Source: an uncultured Candidatus Entotheonella sp. (GTDB lineage Bacteria; Tectomicrobia; Entotheonellia; Entotheonellales; Entotheonellaceae). From it: DNA of 64,000 bases. Below, in pieces: positions 60,882 through 64,000 of this stretch. The stretch lies in assembly GCA_965215335.1 (NCBI GenBank), contig CBDCDA010000002.1, positions 640,001 through 704,000 on the forward strand, written 5' to 3'. The position numbers and the translations under genes were made by a program. The stretch's first letter is position 1; the number at the start of each line of letters is the position of its first letter. Under the pieces are notes generated by a model. That model saw nothing but the letters and a program-made list of their open reading frames with translations, made no database searches and was not told the DNA's origin.

Positions 60882-61808
60882 ATGAACCCACACGTGTTTG
60901 CTGGTAACCCGCTCGACCACGGCGACGTGCAGCGCCGCGACCAGCGATGGCTGGATGAACAGGCCGAAAGGCCTCGTAGCCGGTTTCTGCCGCTATGGCA
61001 GCTGAACGTCCTGATCCGGGACGAGGTGAGCTTGCGGCTCGGCTGGCTGGGGCCGGACGCCTTGGCGCCGTGCAAGAACGGCGTGCCGCCCGTCTTTCTC
61101 GGCTTGCTGGACGGTGTGGCGCATTTTGCCATCGACGTGTCGGCTCTGGACGAACCGCGCGCCGAGCTGCACCTCGTCGATGGCTGGCGGTTTGAAGACG
61201 CCCGCACCGCCGCCCCCCAACTCTGTGGCCCCGAGGCCGGCATCGTGGCGCAGAGCCGCGCCCAGATCGACTGGCATCGACGCCACCAGTTCTGCAGCGT
61301 GTGCGGCGAGCGTACGGCGCCGGCCCGCGGCGGCCTCGTGCGCACGTGCCCCGCTTGCAAGGCCGAGCATTTTCCCCGCACCGACCCCGTCGCCATCATG
61401 GTGGTGGCCGACGGCGACCGCTGCCTGCTAGGCCAGAGCCGCGGCCGTCTGTCGCGCACCGGCATATATTCCGCCCTGGCCGGATTCATGAACCAAGGCG
61501 AGTCGATCGAGGAAGCGGTGCGCCGTGAAGTGAAGGAAGAGGCGGGCATCGAGGTCGGCGAGGTACGTTACCACTCGTCGCAGCCGTGGCCGTTTCCATC
61601 GTCGCTGATGATCGGCTGCCACGGGCGCGCGCTGAGCACCAACATCCACATCGACGACGAAGAGATGACGGATGTGCGCTGGTTCAGCCGCAACGCGGTG
61701 CTGGCGGCGCTGCGCAATGAAAACCCGGCCCTGCGCGTCCCGGCACCCATCGCCATCGCCCATCACCTCATCAAGGCATGGGCCGAGGGCGACGCCGCTT
61801 TTGCATGA
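60882..61808 (+). CDS. nudC: NAD(H) diphosphatase
   Basis: FCSVCG...CPAC zinc ribbon, FPRTDP, Nudix box GESIEEAVRREVKEEAG, SQPWPFP. Confidence 0.95.
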   Translation: MNPHVFAGNPLDHGDVQRRDQRWLDEQAERPRSRFLPLWQLNVLIRDEVSLRLGWLGPDALAPCKNGVPPVFLGLLDGVAHFAIDVSALDEPRAELHLVDGWRFEDARTAAPQLCGPEAGIVAQSRAQIDWHRRHQFCSVCGERTAPARGGLVRTCPACKAEHFPRTDPVAIMVVADGDRCLLGQSRGRLSRTGIYSALAGFMNQGESIEEAVRREVKEEAGIEVGEVRYHSSQPWPFPSSLMIGCHGRALSTNIHIDDEEMTDVRWFSRNAVLAALRNENPALRVPAPIAIAHHLIKAWAEGDAAFA

Positions 61809-61823
61809 CCTGAGGAGCCCACC

Positions 61824-62270
61824 ATGCCGCCGCTTACCAAAGCCGAGACCGACGCCTTGCTAGCCGGCCCGATCAACGCCCGCCTGGCAACCGTGAAGCC
61901 CGACGGCGCGCCGTACGTGGTGCCAGTGTGGCAGTACTGGGACGGCACGTCGATGTACATCATTCCGCGCGAGAAATCTCGCTTTGTCACCCATGTCCGG
62001 CACGACGCCCGGGTTGCCGTCTCGTGCGCCGACGACGTCGATGCGGCGCACCCCCGCGTGCTGCTCGAAGGCACCATCGAAGTCGTGGCCGGGCCGATCA
62101 GGATGGTGGGCAGAATGCTGGAGATCGCTACCGAAATGGCGCAACGCTACGGCGGCGAGGCGGGACTTGCCTACCTGCGCGGCACGCTCGACAAGCCCCG
62201 CTACCTGCTGAAGTTGACGCCGAGCAAGATGACCACGTGGAGCGGTCCCTGGCATCCCCGATACGGTTGA
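61824..62270 (+). CDS. Pyridoxamine 5'-phosphate oxidase family (PPOX class, possibly F420-dependent)
   Basis: ARLATVKPDGAPYVVPVW, RHDARVAV. Confidence 0.82.
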   Translation: MPPLTKAETDALLAGPINARLATVKPDGAPYVVPVWQYWDGTSMYIIPREKSRFVTHVRHDARVAVSCADDVDAAHPRVLLEGTIEVVAGPIRMVGRMLEIATEMAQRYGGEAGLAYLRGTLDKPRYLLKLTPSKMTTWSGPWHPRYG

Positions 62271-62280
62271 GAACACCGTA

Positions 62281-63309
62281 TCATCCGGCCATGTCTGCCG
62301 GCCTGGGTTGCTCGTGGCCCAGAACGGGGTGGGGCTGGTAGGGTTCTTCCAGCGTTGCCACCTCCTCAGCGCTGAGCTTGATGTCAACGGCGTCAAAGAG
62401 CTCCTTGAGGTGATGCAGCCTGGTGGCGCCGATGATGGGGGCGGTGACGCCCGGCGCCTGCAGGATCCAGGCGCAGGCGATCTGGGTGGGGGTGATCCCG
62501 CGTTGACGAGCGACCTGCTGCGCCGCGGCGGCGACCTTGAAATCGTTGTCCCGGAAATACATCTGCTGCGCAAACGCATCAGTCTGCGCCCGCTTGGTCG
62601 ATGACACCTCGTCTTCGCCTTGGCGGTTGCCGGCGAAAAATCCCCGCGCCAGCGGACTCCACGGAATGACCCCCACCCCCTGATCCAGGCACAGCGGGAT
62701 CATTTCTCGTTCCTCCTCGCGGTAGATCAGGTTGTAATGGTTCTGCATGGCCACAAAACGGTGCCAGCCGTGCTCCCGCGCCACGTGCAACGCCTTGGAA
62801 AACTGCCACGCCGCCATGCTGCTGGCGCCCAGATAGCGCACCTTGCCGGAGCGCACCAAGGTGTCGAGCGCGTCGAGCGTTTCCTCGATCGGCGTGGTCG
62901 GGTCCCAGCGGTGAATCTGGTACAGGTCGATGTAGTCCATGTTGAGCCGCCGCAGCGAATTCTCGCACGCCTCGATGACGTGCTTGCGGCTCAGGCCGCG
63001 GCGGTTGGGACCCCGTCCCATGGCGCCGTTCACCTTGGTGGCGACGATGATATCGTCACGCTGCGCCATCTCGCCCAGCCAGTGGCCGGTAATGGTCTCG
63101 CTCAGGCCCACCGAGTACACGTCGGCGGTGTCGAAAAAGGTGACGCCGGCCTCCAGCGCCAAGGTGAAGTGTGCGCGCGCGTCTTCCTTGTTCAAGGCCC
63201 AACCTCGTGGCCGCGCCCAGGCGGGTTGCTTGCCACCGCCGTAACTCATACATCCGAGGCAAATTCGTGACACCGTCATGCCGGTGCGCCCGAGCTTCGT
63301 GTATTGCAT
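62281..63309 (-). CDS. Aldo/keto reductase
   Basis: LGCMSYG, FFDTADVYS, ATK, DLYQIHRWD, PWSPLARG. Confidence 0.93.
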   Translation of the reverse strand: MQYTKLGRTGMTVSRICLGCMSYGGGKQPAWARPRGWALNKEDARAHFTLALEAGVTFFDTADVYSVGLSETITGHWLGEMAQRDDIIVATKVNGAMGRGPNRRGLSRKHVIEACENSLRRLNMDYIDLYQIHRWDPTTPIEETLDALDTLVRSGKVRYLGASSMAAWQFSKALHVAREHGWHRFVAMQNHYNLIYREEEREMIPLCLDQGVGVIPWSPLARGFFAGNRQGEDEVSSTKRAQTDAFAQQMYFRDNDFKVAAAAQQVARQRGITPTQIACAWILQAPGVTAPIIGATRLHHLKELFDAVDIKLSAEEVATLEEPYQPHPVLGHEQPRPADMAG

Positions 63310-63499
63310 CGTGTCTCCATTCGTTTTCCAAAAAGGTGGCCAACCGGCAAGGCGGAGGGGAAATCGGCGGCATCATGCGGCGGCGACGGTAGGGATGTCA
63401 AGGCCGTCTGCGGCTTGTGCCGCTCGGGGCCGTCCGCTATAGTGGCGGCCCTTCAAATCCGCACCTGACCTGACCCACCCTGGCCCGGAGGACAATCAC

Positions 63500-64000
63500 A
63501 TGCAACTCGCGCTGTCGGACATTACGCAATTCAGTCATGACCTGCACCGCCCGGAAGGCGCCATGGTGGCCCGCGACGGCACCGTTTGGGCGGCCGACGA
63601 GCGCGGCGGCTGCGCCCGTATCACGCCCGACGGCGAGCCTACCCTGGTGGGGGATTTGCAGGGCATGCCGAACGGTATCTGCCTCGACACGAACGGCGAC
63701 ATCATCGTGGCGAACATCGGCAACGGCCAGGTGCAACGGTTGCACCCCGACGGCCGGCACGAGGTGCTGGCGACGCATGCCGATGGTCGCGCCCTGAGGG
63801 CGCCCAACTTCCCTTTTGTCGACAGCAAGGGCCGCATCTGGGTGTCCCACTCCACGGATGCGGAACCGCGCCGCTCGGCGCTGTGGGACCCGCGGCCCGA
63901 TGGCGCCCTCGCGGTGATCGAGAACGGCCAAGCGCGCTTCGCCGCCACCGGGGTGTACTTCGCCAACGGCTTCACCCTGGATGCGAAAGAGGAATACCTG
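63500..64000 (+). CDS. SMP-30/gluconolactonase/LRE family protein, partial
   Basis: Manual translation MQLALSDITQFSHDLHRPEG...MPNGICLD...APNFPFVDSKGRIW...FANG; GGAGG RBS; runs off window end. Confidence 0.85.
   Translation, partial: MQLALSDITQFSHDLHRPEGAMVARDGTVWAADERGGCARITPDGEPTLVGDLQGMPNGICLDTNGDIIVANIGNGQVQRLHPDGRHEVLATHADGRALRAPNFPFVDSKGRIWVSHSTDAEPRRSALWDPRPDGALAVIENGQARFAATGVYFANGFTLDAKEEYL

Overview
High-GC bacterial chromosome segment from a diderm organism (TolC, Mla, GT9 glycosyltransferase). The mix of PQQ dehydrogenase, frc plus an oxc/HACL-like ThDP enzyme, a PPOX-class oxidoreductase, heavy IS load and many pseudogenes suggests a host-associated lineage, possibly a Tectomicrobia/Entotheonella-like sponge symbiont (inference only). 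Intact blocks: PQQ dehydrogenase, MFS, cbpAM, mlaE-F-D-tolC-mlaC, yajC-secDF, a PAS kinase with two receivers, a mycothione-reductase-like flavoprotein, peptide ABC genes, iscA-nuoA-nuoH-nuoG-nuoI-fadF-like-iscS, thiD-nadD-ychF-frc, nudC. Four IS-damaged regions interrupt these. At 14.8-17.9 kb: IS481 remnant, orphan 3-repeat type I-E-like CRISPR array, IS982 remnant, IS66 and a broken ald. At 30-35.8 kb: a decayed helicase and an ISAs1 with a nested IS66 (8-bp TSD). At 43.4-45.9 kb: a NERD-helicase pseudogene split by an IS (6-bp TSD). At 54.9-60.8 kb: pcm and hicA nonsense alleles, tandem 11-aa-repeat coiled-coil genes, an orphan lower-GC gene and an IS5/IS701/IS66/IS4 pile-up. Best candidates for new biology: the partial complex I + FadF-like + Fe-S assembly cluster, the Mla operon with TolC in place of MlaA, the disulfide-less DxD PQQ enzyme, the variant-repeat CRISPR relic and the variable-length coiled-coil gene pair. 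All family assignments come from motif recognition by eye; no database search was run.
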